Source: Octopus sinensis
Lineage: Eukaryota
Assembly (NCBI RefSeq): GCF_006345805.1
Contig: NC_043008.1
Coordinates: forward strand, 11,098,001 to 11,162,000
Direction: 5' to 3'
Length of the DNA: 64,000 bases
Shown here: one piece after another, positions 39,609-54,116 of the stretch
Numbering within the stretch: the stretch's first letter is position 1
Layout: each line of letters begins with the position of its first letter
The notes under the pieces: model-generated
Databases searched by the model: none
What the model saw: the letters and a program-made list of their open reading frames with translations, nothing else
What the model was told of the DNA's origin: nothing
Made by a program: the position numbers and the translations under genes

Positions 39609-39657
39609 CCACCACCGAAGATGACCAGATAGAGGTCGAAACCGTACGGTCTGCTGG
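39609..39657 (+). ncRNA. Minimal type I hammerhead-like motif (U4C core variant) preceded by a 42-bp partial duplicate
   Basis: CCACCA-CCGAAGA-U-GACC(AGAUAGA)GGUC-GAAA-CCGUACG-GUC/UGCUGG; stem III ACCGUACGGU is a perfect palindrome. Confidence 0.7.
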
Positions 39658-40212
39658 TCTTGTGGCAGGATGATGGCAAGGATTCACTCCCTGCTTGCAA
39701 AATATATCGAGTGCAGATTGTATCGAATAACTGACTGGAGCAGGCGTTCTCCTGGATTTAAAATTAGCAGTAACGTCGCGTCCCAAGGAACAGCCATATT
39801 TAAGTGGAAATAACCATTAGCTCTCAGAATAGTTACTGATATAATTTTTTATACAGATTTTCTAAGGCGTACCTCAGTTTCCCAGATACTCCACTGAAAA
39901 CGATAATGTTTATCTGGCGAGATTTCAAAATCTGATGATGCGATTATCACTTATTCCTCTCCCAACACCTTGCTTAATCACGAGCCAACAAGGTATCCCC
40001 CGCTCGACAATTCCTTCTATAAATATAGCAGACAAATCCTTTCAAATCGCTCAAATGTGGCCCTTAGTAATTGAATGGTATTTCATTTATGAACACAAAA
40101 GCGATGAGAGCCAAACTTGTCTCAAGCAAGTTTTGTAATCATTGCGCAGGGAGTCAAAAATGTCACCACCAAAACAATCAAACTCTATATCGTCTGACGT
40201 TCTATCTATATG

Positions 40213-40257
<45 letters not shown>

Positions 40258-40258
40258 A

Positions 40259-40297
<39 letters not shown>

Positions 40298-40366
40298 TTT
40301 TATATATATATATATATATAATATATATATATATATTTATATTTATGTATGAGTGTGTGTGTGTAT

Positions 40367-40482
<116 letters not shown>

Positions 40483-40587
40483 TATATATATATGGATATA
40501 GGTACAATGTATATCTTATTTACTTACCTATCCTGTATGATTCTTAGTTTTAATCAGGATATTTCAAAGTGTTGTAAGAAAACTATA

Positions 40588-40825
40588 TACAGCAATCCTT
40601 CGACTATCGCGGGTGTTACGTTCTAAAACCTCCCACAGAAATAATTAAAACCTAGAAAGCTATAAATAATTATCGGTCTCAGAAACCGTGATGTACTGAG
40701 GAGTTTGCGATATAAACTTACATATATTAGCCAGAAAAGTGTGTACTGTGTGTGCGATAGATGCACCTCGATGTACAGAGGGCACGATAGGTGAACCACG
40801 ATATGGCGGCGAGGGATTTACTGTA
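40588..40825. mobile_element. Tigger/pogo-type MITE
   Basis: TA-cagcaatccttcgactatcgcgg ... gcgagggatttactg-TA termini. Confidence 0.75.
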
Positions 40826-42444
40826 CGGGCATGAATGAGAATGTTGTTAAGAATTTTATATCGCTGCTACATCGCTTTGGTTTCGATTCCTCTGGCTTGT
40901 TCTTTGGATAAGTGATACGAACCATCACTTCATATCAAATAATACCTGAGGGTGTCCGTTGGAGTCTGCGGACATGTCTTGTAAACTAGCATTTCGACTT
41001 TCAGACGTCGGTAACATAAATACTGCAGTCAATAAGATCAACCATATCTTGGAAGGTTATACTTGAGCATGGCCACGCTCCAATGATTGAATCTGTAAGA
41101 CAATATGATAAACGGAATATCTACCATGACGATGAAGTCAACAGTACCAGCTCTAAATTTTATTGTCTTCTCAAATTGCTGCAAGAATCTCCGAAACAGA
41201 ACTTGTTTCAATTTGATTATTAGTACAATACAAATTAGATGCAAAACGTATTATATTTTAGGCTTTGTATTTCCTTGTTATTTTTGCACAGAGCACAGAT
41301 AATTACAATTTGGAAAATTGCTTTTCAATCTCGGCAATATCACATTATTTTATCACTGGACATTTACCATTTTCTTCTTCTGCATTTAACCCACAGATTT
41401 AAATCTAAAACTCGATCTCCGGAAACTGGATGTACATCTCAATCTCATCCTACTAAACATTTAACTCCCCATCTATGAATGTATAATACTTTTTTTTTCC
41501 TAATAAACACATTAAGTGCTTTGCTTTCAAGTAATGCAAAACTTCGTGTTAATATTTTTGTTTTCACTTTTCTCTTTTCATGTCCTTTGTCCATTTCACG
41601 CATGCGCCTTCACGTACACTCACATACATAGGTATTTCAGTCTGAGTTTTACCCAACAACTAAATGTGTTTTCCACTTTATTATGCGAAATCAATCCAAA
41701 TTTTATTACAGAGCCGAGGCATTTAGTTCAATATTAGATTGCTTTTCCATCTATCTTTGCCATTGTTACAATGTTCGTTACGGGATAGATTAAGAATAAA
41801 TAAGAGAATGTCACTTTTTATTTTATATATTGTCAAACGTGTATAAAATGGAAATAGTAGTTGTACATTCACGGGTTAGTAAGTATGAATAGAAACTGGT
41901 AAATTAAAGCTAATGTAGTGTTACGAGGTGAGTTGCATTAACTTCAGCTTGGTTCTCTATAAGAAACGATGTATTACTGGTTTTGTTGCCTCTGCTAGCA
42001 TCGGCGGCCAATGAAAAGATTTCTAAATAGGTGTGTCTACATTGTATAACTTGCTCAACTACTTGAAATGGTGAAAGCATATATTTTATTCTATTATCAA
42101 AATAATACATTGTTCTCTGTGTTCTTGAAATGAAGTAGTCAATAGAATTTTCGTCGTATTTTGTGTTGGGGAATCTTAGGAAATGCATTGATATGTCCCA
42201 TGTCCCAGTAATCATTTGTTATTCAGTCAATCTAAATACAGTCGCTTGGAATTGATTAATTTACAATTTGTATAAAAAGAAGCGAAGGGACGGATGAACG
42301 GCAACAACAACCGCAACAACAACAACTACAAGGAGGATGGCGATGAAGATGATGTTGGTGAACTTAAGAATAATGATGATGTTGATGATGCTGCTGCTGC
42401 TAATAATAATGATAGTCTTGTATAGTAGCAACAAAAGAAACTGG

Positions 42445-42498
<54 letters not shown>

Positions 42499-42529
42499 CG
42501 TAATAATAATAATAATAATCGTAATAATA

Positions 42530-42581
<52 letters not shown>

Positions 42582-42652
42582 CGTAATATAATAATAATAA
42601 TAATAATAATATAATAATAATAATAATAAAAATTATAATAATAATAATAATA

Positions 42653-42683
<31 letters not shown>

Positions 42684-42685
42684 AC

Positions 42686-42740
<55 letters not shown>

Positions 42741-42790
42741 GTAAGATGATTCTGGTTCTGATGATGATGGTGATGATGATGATGAAGATT
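42445..42790. repeat. Long (AAT)n then (GAT)n microsatellite
   Basis: Read directly. Confidence 0.95.
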
Positions 42791-42834
42791 ATGATGTTGG
42801 TAATGTTCTATAGTATCTGCAAAAGAAACTGGTG

Positions 42835-43218
42835 GTACAAAAATGGCTTGAAATTTTGACGTAAAGCATTCAATTTCAGTGGAGTGGATAAGTCAGTTAC
42901 ATCGACCCCAATGTTGAGCTGGCACTGTTGAGCTTTATCGAGTCCGTAACGATGAAGGGTAAAATCAACCTCAACGGAATTTGAACTGGGAACGTAAAGA
43001 CAGACCGAATACCGCTAATTATAACTGCTTAGGCGTATTTCGTCTGTCGTTACGTCCTGAGTTCAAATCCCGCCGAGGTCGACTTTGCCTTTCATCCTTT
43101 CGGGATCGATAAATAAAGTACCAGTTTCGCACTGGGGTAAATGTAATCGACTTAATCTCTTTGTCTGTCCTTATTTGTCCCCTCTATGTTTAGCTACTTG
43201 TGGGTAGTAAAGAAATAT
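42835..43218. mobile_element. Two headless SINE family A copies head-to-head (42835-43018 minus; 43028-43218 plus)
   Basis: ggaatttgaactgggaacgtaaagacagaccgaataccgctaa faces ttaggcgtatttcgtctgtcgttacgtcctgagttcaaat. Confidence 0.8.
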
Positions 43219-44325
43219 ATCTACTCCTCATTACATGAGTAGCATTGGAGGCAAAGAATACATCCACTTTTTGACATCCGCCATTACATCCTTTTCGATT
43301 AGGCAGTAGAGTCGCCCACTATTCCACTTTAAGCTGGTTATACTAACTTGTCACATGTGTGTATGTGTGTGTATTTAGTAGTATTGGACGATAGGCCATT
43401 ACAGACATCCAAATAATTCTCGGGTTCTTAAATAGGAGTAATATACCACTATATAATTACGGGTATACATGGAAATTATCACGTATCACATGATGCATGT
43501 ATGTTGAATGAAACTTTATATTGAATGTAATAGAAGGGATTGTGACAATTTGGAAATCTGTGGATAACAGAAACCATAAGGCTCATAGAAAGATAGAAAG
43601 ACCGAACAAGTAAATCTCTGTGTGAGAGTACATGTTTGTGTGTGTGTGCGTGTGCGCGTGTATGTGCATGCGAGCGCAAGCGTGTGTGCGTGGCTGTAAT
43701 TCACCGATACATAATTTAAAATAAGGGACCAAAATGAATTAAAATAAATTCTGTAAACCAAATGAAATGCCAATTCGAATAAATATTTCATGAATCTCGC
43801 AGTTATTTGATTAGATTTGGGAGTTCACAGAAGGAAAGTGGAAGTCAACTAGAGCAAACAGCGAATCCATTCTGGAATGTATTATAATTCACAATAAATA
43901 TTCGAAATAACCTCGTATATTTGGATTGTGGAAGTTAACACAGAGCATCAAATTTCCTGGAATTAACATTTATAAAATTTTATAATATATCACATCTGTG
44001 ACTGTTAAAACGATCTCATCATACGACGAGATAAATCTCACCATGAAATGAGACAGTAACGCAATTTCAATCCCCAGTTGGTTCTATTTGATTTCTCTTA
44101 CTCTGCGCCAGTAAAAATTAATAAATTTTGCATAAGATCGATGGAACCCTCGCCAGCTACACAATTAAAAGATTTACTTTGCGAATTATAGCGGAATATA
44201 GTGATATAGTATCATGCAATATACAGTAGATAGTAAAATGCTGTATATATTATATATACATCCAGGCAATATTATTTTATTATTTACATTATTTACATCA
44301 TTAACCACTACGCCATATATGCCCA

Positions 44326-44600
44326 CGGGCATATGGCGTAGTGGTTAAGAGCGCGGCCTACTAACCCCAGTATTCCGAGTTCGATTCCAAGCAGCGACCT
44401 GAATAATAATAATAATAACAATAACACCGAAGAATAGCTTAGGAATGAAGACCTAGGTTCGAAATTTCCTCAAGACACCCGAAGATGGCTGGAGGGTATA
44501 TCAACCGAAAGTTGTGTTAACAATAAACAAGATGAGGACAAATATCCGTCAAATGTATCTAATGTACATAATTCCTCATCTCTTAAATATAGAACTGAAT
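44326..44600 (+). mobile_element. tRNA-headed SINE-like element with (AAT)n linker and a hammerhead relic (44475-44517)
   Basis: Head ggcatatggcgtagtggttaag...gagttcgattcc (A/B boxes), then ACAC-CCGAAGA-U-GGCUG..CAACC-GAAA-GUU-GUGU. Confidence 0.7.
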
Positions 44601-44799
44601 TCTATTTTAGTTAATATTCTTGCTGTGTTCGTCGTTTCGTGGCCTTTGACTCGTCCTACGCGACCTCGAATTCAGAATGATGGTAAATTTTTCTTTTGTC
44701 TTGTTTCTAGGTCATTTATTGCCTTTTCATAATGATGTCGACATTTTTTACTATATTCGAATTGCGTTCAAAATGTATCCGAAATTTGTAAATAAAATT

Positions 44800-45500
44800 T
44801 GTACATTTCACAAATTTTCTCTGACCATCTTCAAAATACTACCCTTGGGAGCTTACAGCCTTCTCCCAGCAGTTTTACCAATGCTGGTAACACCTCTGGA
44901 AACACCTTCTCTGGAATGCTATGAAGTTCTGACATCGCTTTTCTCATAATTTCCTCTTGTGACCCATATTGCATCCCCTTTGGTGTGGTTTTCATTTTTG
45001 TGAAGAGCTCATATGGTACAAAACCGGGAGAATGGAGAACCTGCCGAACAAGTTGTCTACAGTTCTTGTTCAGGAAAGCTTGAATTACATGGTGCGTTTT
45101 AAAAATATCCGAATTTTGCCGACACTCTCCGGATACACAAATTCGTTTTAAAATGGAATGCTCTGGTCCTGTACTTACTTCCGCTTCGTTGTGGAATTTC
45201 CTGGATTGTAACACGAGAGTGTTCTATGACTATTCGCAGAAACTCCTCAATCGGTTCCTCGTTTCGATTTGTAGATGACTTGCTTCAACGTATCTTGCAC
45301 TTCACTGAGGTGCATCCATGTTTAGAGCAAATGTACCACACCTTGATCAGCATTTGCCCATGGCATCATCGTCAATAGTCTGCAAAATCTCCTGGATGAT
45401 TTGAGCTTGAGTATCACTAAGCTTTTGGCAAATCTTGTTGCAATATCTCTACGTGATGTATTCGATCAACTTGCATAAAAAATGAAAATCAGACGACCGC
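44800..45500 (-). pseudogene. Tc1/mariner transposase remnant
   Basis: ORF 44831..45214 contains LHSPGFVPYELFTKMKTTPKG..SQEEI..ELHSIPEKVF, a degenerate PYSPDLAP..F..LK..LKG..F...EEI. Upstream pieces resemble a mariner N-terminus (QRYCNKICQKL..DDAMG). Confidence 0.8.
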
Positions 45501-46405
45501 GGGCTACATATCTGTATCTAGTCGTAATAATTGGGTTCTGACGTGGCCTACTGTTTCGAAAATTTCCACGTATATGGAGGAAGACTTTGCTCACGTGGCA
45601 TCAGTTTTGGTGGAAAAGTAGGATACTTTCTATACTCAACTCGTATATTTATTACATCAGGTCGGTGCACAGCAGAAATGTTAAAATTTCGGACCAAGCA
45701 TGTTACCTTATTTTCCTTTTTAAATATCAATAGGTTCGACTTAGTTCTTCATCTCTTTAAGTCTGTCGATTAAATAAAATTAGGTACCAAACTGATTCAA
45801 TCCAATTTAATGTTGTGACTCGTGTGTGATGCTGGTTAATGTAGGCCATGGTAGGATTTGAGCTCACAACTTTAAAGGATACAACTAAATACAGCACAGT
45901 ATTTCCTCTGCAGCTTTACGGATTTAGCCCAACCGCTATCCTTAAAAGTTTTTAATATTGATTTCGTTTAGAATTATAAAATGTTGCAATAAAAATTATT
46001 CAAAGTTCTACGCAAGATATTTGCCAAAACTGAACCATTTGGAAAGTCATTGACTAAATTAGCTATAAAATTATCTTGAGGCAAACAAAAGTGCTGCTCC
46101 AAAACCATAAATTTGGAATTGATTAACATTGAAAAGAAGAGATTAAAACAATATTCACATAAATTGAAGATATCTGGTTTCCTTCACATGATATTTATTA
46201 CACAAGACAAGTTCCATTGAACCAGTATTTCTGGAGTGAAATATTTTCGACTCTATACGCCTGCAGTAATTCAAAGAAATTATTTTTAACTCCAAATATA
46301 CGATTTTCCGGTCCAGTAGAACAGCAAAGAAATAAATTAAAATTATATCTTTTTTTTTCTGCAGCAAAGTTTTAAAATGGAATTTAATACATACTTCTGT
46401 AAATC

Positions 46406-46525
<120 letters not shown>

Positions 46526-48342
46526 AGAGAAAGAGAGGACAAACATTACAAATATCAAATAATTAATTAGGTAAAACGTGATCTAAATACAATTATGTAA
46601 TTATATATGAGTAAATTTTATCGTATATGTAAGCTAAGAAGAAAATAATAGAAATGGAACAAAACAACCGCTAAACCTTAAGAGCAGCATAGGTGAAAGT
46701 GAGATAATATTCATGGAGCCAATTCCTTTATTACTCTATAAACCATTTATTTACATGTGTGATTACAGAAACAGTTTTATGTGAAGATTTATTTTATAAC
46801 TCATAATAAGTGTAGTTAGATAATGTTTAGTAGTTGCTTTGTTTACGATTGTTTCAGAGAAACTCTAAAACCGTAATAGATTATTTCTGTTCCATTCACT
46901 TCATCTTATCAATGTCGATATCTCTGAAAATTTCTGAATGGTATATTTCTATTATTTGTATACTTCTGACTGAATAGACTTAACCTCCAGCCATTTATTT
47001 GGGTTGCTGGAACTAAGTGTATATGTAAAGCATGTGGCACAGATATATATTGAGAATTCACTGCGGGATGGTCCAAAATTGACATCTGATTTAAAATCAT
47101 ATGGTTTTCAGTGGAGTTCACTCTATTGTAAGCATTCAACACAGAAATCCTGTTTCTTTCTCGTTTACAAGATTTGTGCTGATATCGAGAGTTAGATCAA
47201 AATCATGTCTTAGAACTCTGCCCAAAGAAACGATGTGAGCACTACACATTGAATAAACCACCATTAAAAATGAACTGGAATTTCCAATGTGGAAATTACT
47301 AAGTTTGTTTTAGATTGGTAAATTATATAAAATGCACATTGTTACATAATAATTTATGTAAATTTAAATCATTTTAAATAAAAATTTGAATAGAACCATA
47401 GTAACAGATAACTAAGTAGTTAGCATATTCAGAGTAATTAAGATGCATAATAATCGATTTTAACAAAGTTTTATCGCAGCATCTTTTTTTAGTATAAATG
47501 TAGTTGACTCAACCGACTTCGTTATCTGATTGGTGTTAACTTGTTTTAATAACCGAAATGGAAGATGAAGAATGTCGAAATCCCTGGAAATGAGATTAAA
47601 AACATAAACAGAAGATGCCTAATACCATTATGAGTTCTTGTAAGACGCTTTAAGCCTACTGCCAATCCCCAATCCAGCAGATCATGATGTAGAAACTTTG
47701 CAATTAAGCTTGACTGATAAGTTTAACCTTATCGCGTCAAATGCAAACTTCTAGTAAAATATCAGCGAGAGACAATGAAAATCAATGTATGTTACTCGAG
47801 AAGCAATTGAACTTGAGATAAATTCAGAATGTTTAAACAACACAAAGAAAAGACTTGAGACACTGTGTGGATTATGGAAATTAGTATTAAATAGAAAAAA
47901 AAATATCTCAGATTTTATATTTTAGTGAACATTAAGCCACTCTTATATTGAAGAACATTAGTGATTTGGATTTTAGAAACGCATTCTCACTCAATTATAA
48001 TTATGACCTAAAATAAAATTATACAAATTTAGTCATTCGTAAAAGCGTAAAAGTATAATACAAAAGACAGTTACCTCTCCTTTCACTTAAAGTATCATAC
48101 AGAGATAACAAATTAAATGCTTTTGAATATAAGATTAATTTTTAAATATCAGGTTGGAAATATATAGTATTCTAAGGAGTTCAATACTCCATATTCATTA
48201 TTATAATCGAAATTTCTCTAACTCCATATGTGTCAACAACAGGTGTTTAACAGATTCATTTCAAACTACTATTTGGATAAGACAAATTGATATTTGAATA
48301 TAATTGTTTGTATTCGAGGAGACGTGTTTATGTGTGTAAGTT

Positions 48343-48393
<51 letters not shown>

Positions 48394-48674
48394 TATATAT
48401 GAGTATGCGTAAACTAGTGTATAAATACACTGGACAAAAGAGATAATGATGAAGCCACAGTCAATTATAATTACTATTACGAAGAAGCTAATTAAATCAT
48501 TTTAACGATACAAAGCTTTGTCACAAATATATTATAAATAATTAAAATTGTTTAAAATTCAGGAAAGTCATTTAAAAAATTTGTTTCCAATTATATGGTT
48601 ATTGGCAAAATAAGCAATGTGTTTGTTGAACATTAAATTATACTGCTAACAGTATAATTTAATCTATAATTAGT

Positions 48675-48725
<51 letters not shown>

Positions 48726-48944
48726 ATACATATATGTGTCAGTATATACATACACATAGTCATATATATATATAAATATATATGAGATTACATGGATTTA
48801 TATACATATATAGCTATACACATGTGTAGACATACACACACACACACACGCACATTCACATATTATATATTGGTGGTGCTATAAGAATTTAGAAACTTTA
48901 AGGGAAATCAGTTAATTTTATTTAGAACGGTTTATCGGGAATTA

Positions 48945-49095
48945 GATAACTTAGCGGTTCGGCAAAAGAGATCAGATATAATGAGAGTACGAGGATTACA
49001 AAGAATAAGTCCTGAGGTCGATTTGCTCGACTATAGGCGGTGCTCCAGCATGGCCACAGTAAAACGACTAAAACAAATAAAGAAATAAAAGAATA
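48945..49095 (+). mobile_element. SINE family B 3' half
   Basis: aacttagcggttcggcaaaagag...aagaataagtcctgaggtcg...ggcggtgctccagcatggccacag. Confidence 0.85.
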
Positions 49096-50059
49096 AAGAA
49101 CACTTCTATACCAGTTATTAACTAAGTCTCCCTATTAACTAAATTTCCGCGTGAATAATTCGTGAAAGAAATCGATAGGACACTGTGATTTTCTTTTGTA
49201 TCAGATTTTTTGAATATAGAACACTTTTTAACCCAACCCTACTTTTATAACTTTTAGTATTTTTAGTCTTTACTCAAAATAGATTTTACCAAAATTTTCA
49301 GTGCAATTTTATCTTTTAACATAATTTTCTAGTTTTCAGATTATGTTTATTTAATTTGTCAAGTCTTCATTCTAAATTTTTTCACCCTTTTAATTTTTGA
49401 ATTCCTTGTGTTAATTTATTGTTGTTATTGCTGACTTTTAAAGAACATTTTTGAAGTTGTATTAAATTTTTAATTATTTTAAGTGTTTTTTTCATACATA
49501 GACAATTGAAAAAAAGAATCCATTTTCTTCTCTTTTTTTTTGTTAGGCAATCATTACAATATTTTATATTTTTCATTTATTACTTTCTGTTATTTATAAA
49601 TATTTTTGGAATTTGGCTATCCCAGTAACTGAAACTTATTCTACCCAGTTTATTTTACCAAAATACTTATACATACTCATTGTAGATTTCAGAACCTCCA
49701 CCGAAAGACGCTCAAGCATTCAGAACTGTTTAACACTTTGCGTATATAAGAATACTTTCTCCGTAGGATATCTAGTAGCGTTAGAAAATGACGTGATGCA
49801 GTCATTAAGATCGCATGACATTAGATCTGAAAATACTTAAAGCAATGCTTGCATTTCTTCGGATGAATTCTATACAATTATTCGCTGGAATTTAACTGAA
49901 ACTCTGTGCAGCGTGTTTCCACATGTGATTATATATCGTCATGAGAATATCGTTTTTTTCTTCAAATACTGAAACAATATTGTCTTATGACATGTGTTCA
50001 ACTACACACACACACACACACACACAAACGAATATATATGTATATACATATATGTGTGC

Positions 50060-50093
<34 letters not shown>

Positions 50094-50169
50094 ATATATA
50101 TGTATGTATATATACATGGGTATATATATATATGTATATGCGTGTATGTGTATGTCCACAAGTAATATA

Positions 50170-50830
50170 TAACACTCCACTTCATCAGAAACTACGATTT
50201 AAAAGTGAAGATGGCAAGTCTGTTTGGTATACGAGAAGGTGATGTAAAAGTGTTACCAGTTGTGATCAGAACATTATAGTCAATACCACTGAAACTTCAA
50301 GATTTCTTAAAGCGTTTGGAAATACTATGCAAGATTAGTACATACAAAAAATAGACTTCGTACATCAAACACGGCCAAAGTATACTGCAGCCAACTGGAC
50401 CAAATGGTGCAGGAACTTACAAAAAAAAAACAGCGCAGATTAGTCAACAGATCCAGTCCTCTTTTATTACAAGACAACGCCAGACCACACACCGCAAAAA
50501 TGACATTGGCGAAAGTACAGGAGTTGGAGCTTGAAGTTCTCCATCATCTACCATACTCACATGACTTTGCCCTCTTCCCACTGACTTCCACTTCTTCAAG
50601 AATTTGGAAAAATTTTGATAGGAGAAAATTTTATTCCGACGATGCTGTTAAACAGGCCTTCGCAGATTTTATTGACTAGATTGCTAGGTTTTTACAGTTC
50701 CGCTGAAACGGCAAAAATATATTGGCAATGTGAGTGCAATCTTTGATGAATAAAACTATTCGTTGTATTTATAAAACATTAACAAACTTTTTTTTAATTT
50801 TCTACAAGTTTCAGACTTGACGACCTAATA
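50170..50830 (+). pseudogene. Mariner (DD34D-type) transposase remnant, 3' half with right TIR
   Basis: YCSQLDQMVQEL..LLLQDNARPHTAKMT..LELEVLHHLPYSHDFA..KFYSDDAVKQAF; ends cttgacgacctaa-TA. Confidence 0.9.
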
Positions 50831-52214
50831 TTCAGGTAGTCGATATTATCTCTTAGTTTTAGTGTTATAGAATAACTAACGTCGTACTGTATATCTATTA
50901 AAAATGCCATAGGTTTCACCTCAGCAGGAATTCTGCCTCGTATATTGAAGACAGTCTGGATATGTTAGGCTTCTCATATTTAAGGACAGAATGTTATACC
51001 AGGTTACGCTTCTTTTCTTCGTTCTCTAATATTTAAAAGCACTTGAGTATATTTGTTTTCGAGATTATATCATATCTTTCTTTAGATGTTCATTTGCTGT
51101 TGTTTTTGTGACTTGCGGAACACATGATGTAAAAGAAGGTATTGCGTTATGGCCTACATTTTTCTTTCACATTTCTCTTGTTTAGTTTGTCTTAGCTGAG
51201 TGGTATAGTAGTAATAAAGACGTGTTCCTGCTGCGAGGAGAAAGCATAGCGTTCCCCACCGTTTCCACATCGACAGTATTTCAGGTATTCAATTTAACTT
51301 TTAAGTGGGTCTCATTATTTTTCTTAATTCTTAGATTTGTTGTTACATAAATATATTTTCGAAATATGTTCGCTTTATCCATGTTTACCAATGAATTGTC
51401 TCTTACATCCACTCAACAGCAACAATATTATAAATAAAAGAAGCTACGAAAACAACGAACACAACTGTGTTAACGGCAACTGCAATTAGAATAACAACTA
51501 TATACACTACGACAACTGTGACGATGGCCATATCACTAGGGCAACTTATATTTGAATACTCACTGGATAGATATCTTTAACAGCAGTTAGAATACGCTGA
51601 ATTTCTATTAATATACACTAAAATAAGAGAAAAAAAAACGAGAAATATCAATACTAATACTCTGGGAATTTAGCCGACAAATTTTTATTAACATTTTGGC
51701 AATGGCTCAGATGCGAAGATGGTTAAGTCTAGGGTTCCAGCTAGTAGCCGTAGGATAAGCGTTACTTTTCTGATCTTGTACATCAAGAGGTTTACGTTCT
51801 GAAATTCGATTGTGTGACGTTCATTCCTTCAAAATTGATTTATATGAAATGAAGTGCCGTCAAGCAAGAATGCGAACTCTATCACGAAATTAATATGATG
51901 AGAATAACTATTTCTGTGGGGGATTTGCCATATATTACTTTATCTGACACAACCTCGCTGTCTGAGAGCGGTAGGAACAGTGACTAACACTAAGAGTATA
52001 CAGTGCCTTCCTGAAATCTGATAATGTCTAATATAAGAGAAAATAGAATATATAGCATCCATCTAGTGTTTTACTGATATTTACTGCAATGATCCAACTC
52101 TGAAATCCGAGAACAACTTCTTAATGATTGTTAACAAATTCTTCGTCGCAACTCAGGCACAATCTGAAATATTTTCTACGTAATAATCTGCACATATCAG
52201 CAGGTGCCCGTATC

Positions 52215-52466
52215 AATACATACATACATACATACGTACATACATACGTACATACATACCTGCATGCATACATACATACATACATACATACATACATACA
52301 TACATACATACATACATACATACATACATACATACGTACATACATACATACATACATATATACATAATACATACATATATACATACATGCATACATACAT
52401 ACATGCATACATGCATGCATACATACATACATGTGTGAATGTATGTATAACTATAGCTATATCTAC

Positions 52467-52514
<48 letters not shown>

Positions 52515-52545
52515 ATAAATATACGCATGTCTCTCTCTCTCTCTC

Positions 52546-52576
<31 letters not shown>
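52215..52576. repeat. (ACAT)n-(TATC)n-(TC)n-(TA)n microsatellites
   Basis: Read directly. Confidence 0.95.
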
Positions 52577-54053
52577 GGCGGTGCCCCAGCATGGCCACAG
52601 CTCATGAGCTGAAACTAGAAGCAATCAATCGAATCAATCAATATATATATATATATGTATATATCTGTCTGTCTGCCAGTATGCCTGTCTGTCCGTCCGT
52701 CTGTATGTCAGTCTGTCTGTCTATCTATCTATCTATCTGTCTATCTATCTATCTATATATACACGCATTCTTACTCACATTGTTGGTCATAGAGATAGAG
52801 AGATATAAACACATGTTTACTGTATACTATTTCTTGTTGGAGAACAATGACAAATAAATACGACTACATCTAAACGTGTGTTAAGATTTTATCTGCCAAC
52901 CAATGACCCCTTTGACTGTTCACATATATTCTGCTTATGTGCCGAATATTATCCATAGGTCAATTTTCTGCTGAAGTATAAAGAGTTAGTTTATTTAATA
53001 AATTATTGGTTTATTAACAACGCCTTGTTTGAATGCTCACAATATATCACCGAGATGTGTCTATAGAGTTTAGCTATCTTTTTAATAGTCAAACGTAACC
53101 AAATTTGTCTATCTGTATAATTCCTCGTATATAGGAAGATACTAATACAGTGCTAAATCAGACTTGGATAATTCCGCTTTGCGTGATGGATATACCTTTA
53201 CAACGGTCACCTACATATAATATTGATTAAACCCTATAGATATATGATGTATAGCGTTAAACGAAGCTTGTAACAGAATCGAAATAATCCCCCAAAATGC
53301 GTCTGTATGCTAAACGGTTATCAAATTTACTGAAGCCCTTAGTACTTTTATCATACCTTGTTTTCTTTGTCTACAACCTAATGCTACATAAGCAAATATT
53401 AAACGCTTCAACAAAGAATTGAATCACACCACCAGTTCTTCCACATAGATTTGTGTGAAATTTTGTGAACTTCTTTTTTGAATTTGGTTTGCAAGATTCT
53501 TTATATGAGTTCGTGTGTAAAATGCAACGAAAATTTTAGGAAAATAAAAATAAGAAATAAGTGGAAATTTTACCGGTTAGTGTGTTACATTATCAGGCAC
53601 AAAAAGAAAATGACTCTCCCCAGACGCAACAGTTTGTGAGCTTCGTAAATCTGAAAAAAAATCTGCCTTGCCAGCAAATGAAAGAACTTACATTACACTC
53701 TATACACTAATTAATTCTCGTGAAACGTAATTATACCAAATGCAACAGACCATTTCACTAGCTGTAGCTAGAAAAGTAATCCAAATGTGTAAAACATATT
53801 CCTGAAAACAAAGTGTAAGAGATGTCTATCTTTTACAACACTTGTGCTGTGTTTACGTTAACCGCTACATTTTGTATTCTGACGTGGAAATTACAATAAT
53901 TTAACGAGATGAGCGAAATAACTCGTAAACTGTTTGTGTGTAATTGAAGTATTTTCATAGGAAGAGAGATATAAACATTATTTATTTATCATGCAAAAAA
54001 TGCTGGGGAAATATTATGTGATGTAATGTCGTATCTCTTTCTCGTTGTAACAG

Positions 54054-54116
54054 GGAAGCGATATCTACAGTAGAGAAAATAGCCCGAATATCTATGTTCC
54101 TACTTTCTAGACTTTT
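54054..54116 (+). CDS. Candidate 63-nt symmetric exon (EAISTVEKIARISMFLLSRL), coding status unknown
   Basis: Acceptor tctctttctcgttgtaacag|, donor tttt|gtaagt; only the phase 2-2 frame is open. Confidence 0.3.

Noticed and set aside
39567-39650. 42-bp direct repeat or 79-bp repeats as a CRISPR-like array
   Set aside because: Only two copies each, no unique spacers, and a eukaryotic context.
41910-42215. 101-aa minus-strand ORF with three sequons
   Set aside because: Several stop-free stretches of this length are expected by chance in six frames of 64 kb; splice sites are ambiguous and no motif is recognised.
50160-50195. Minus-strand CUGAUGA at ~50182
   Set aside because: No downstream stem II-GAAA; it lies in mariner coding sequence.
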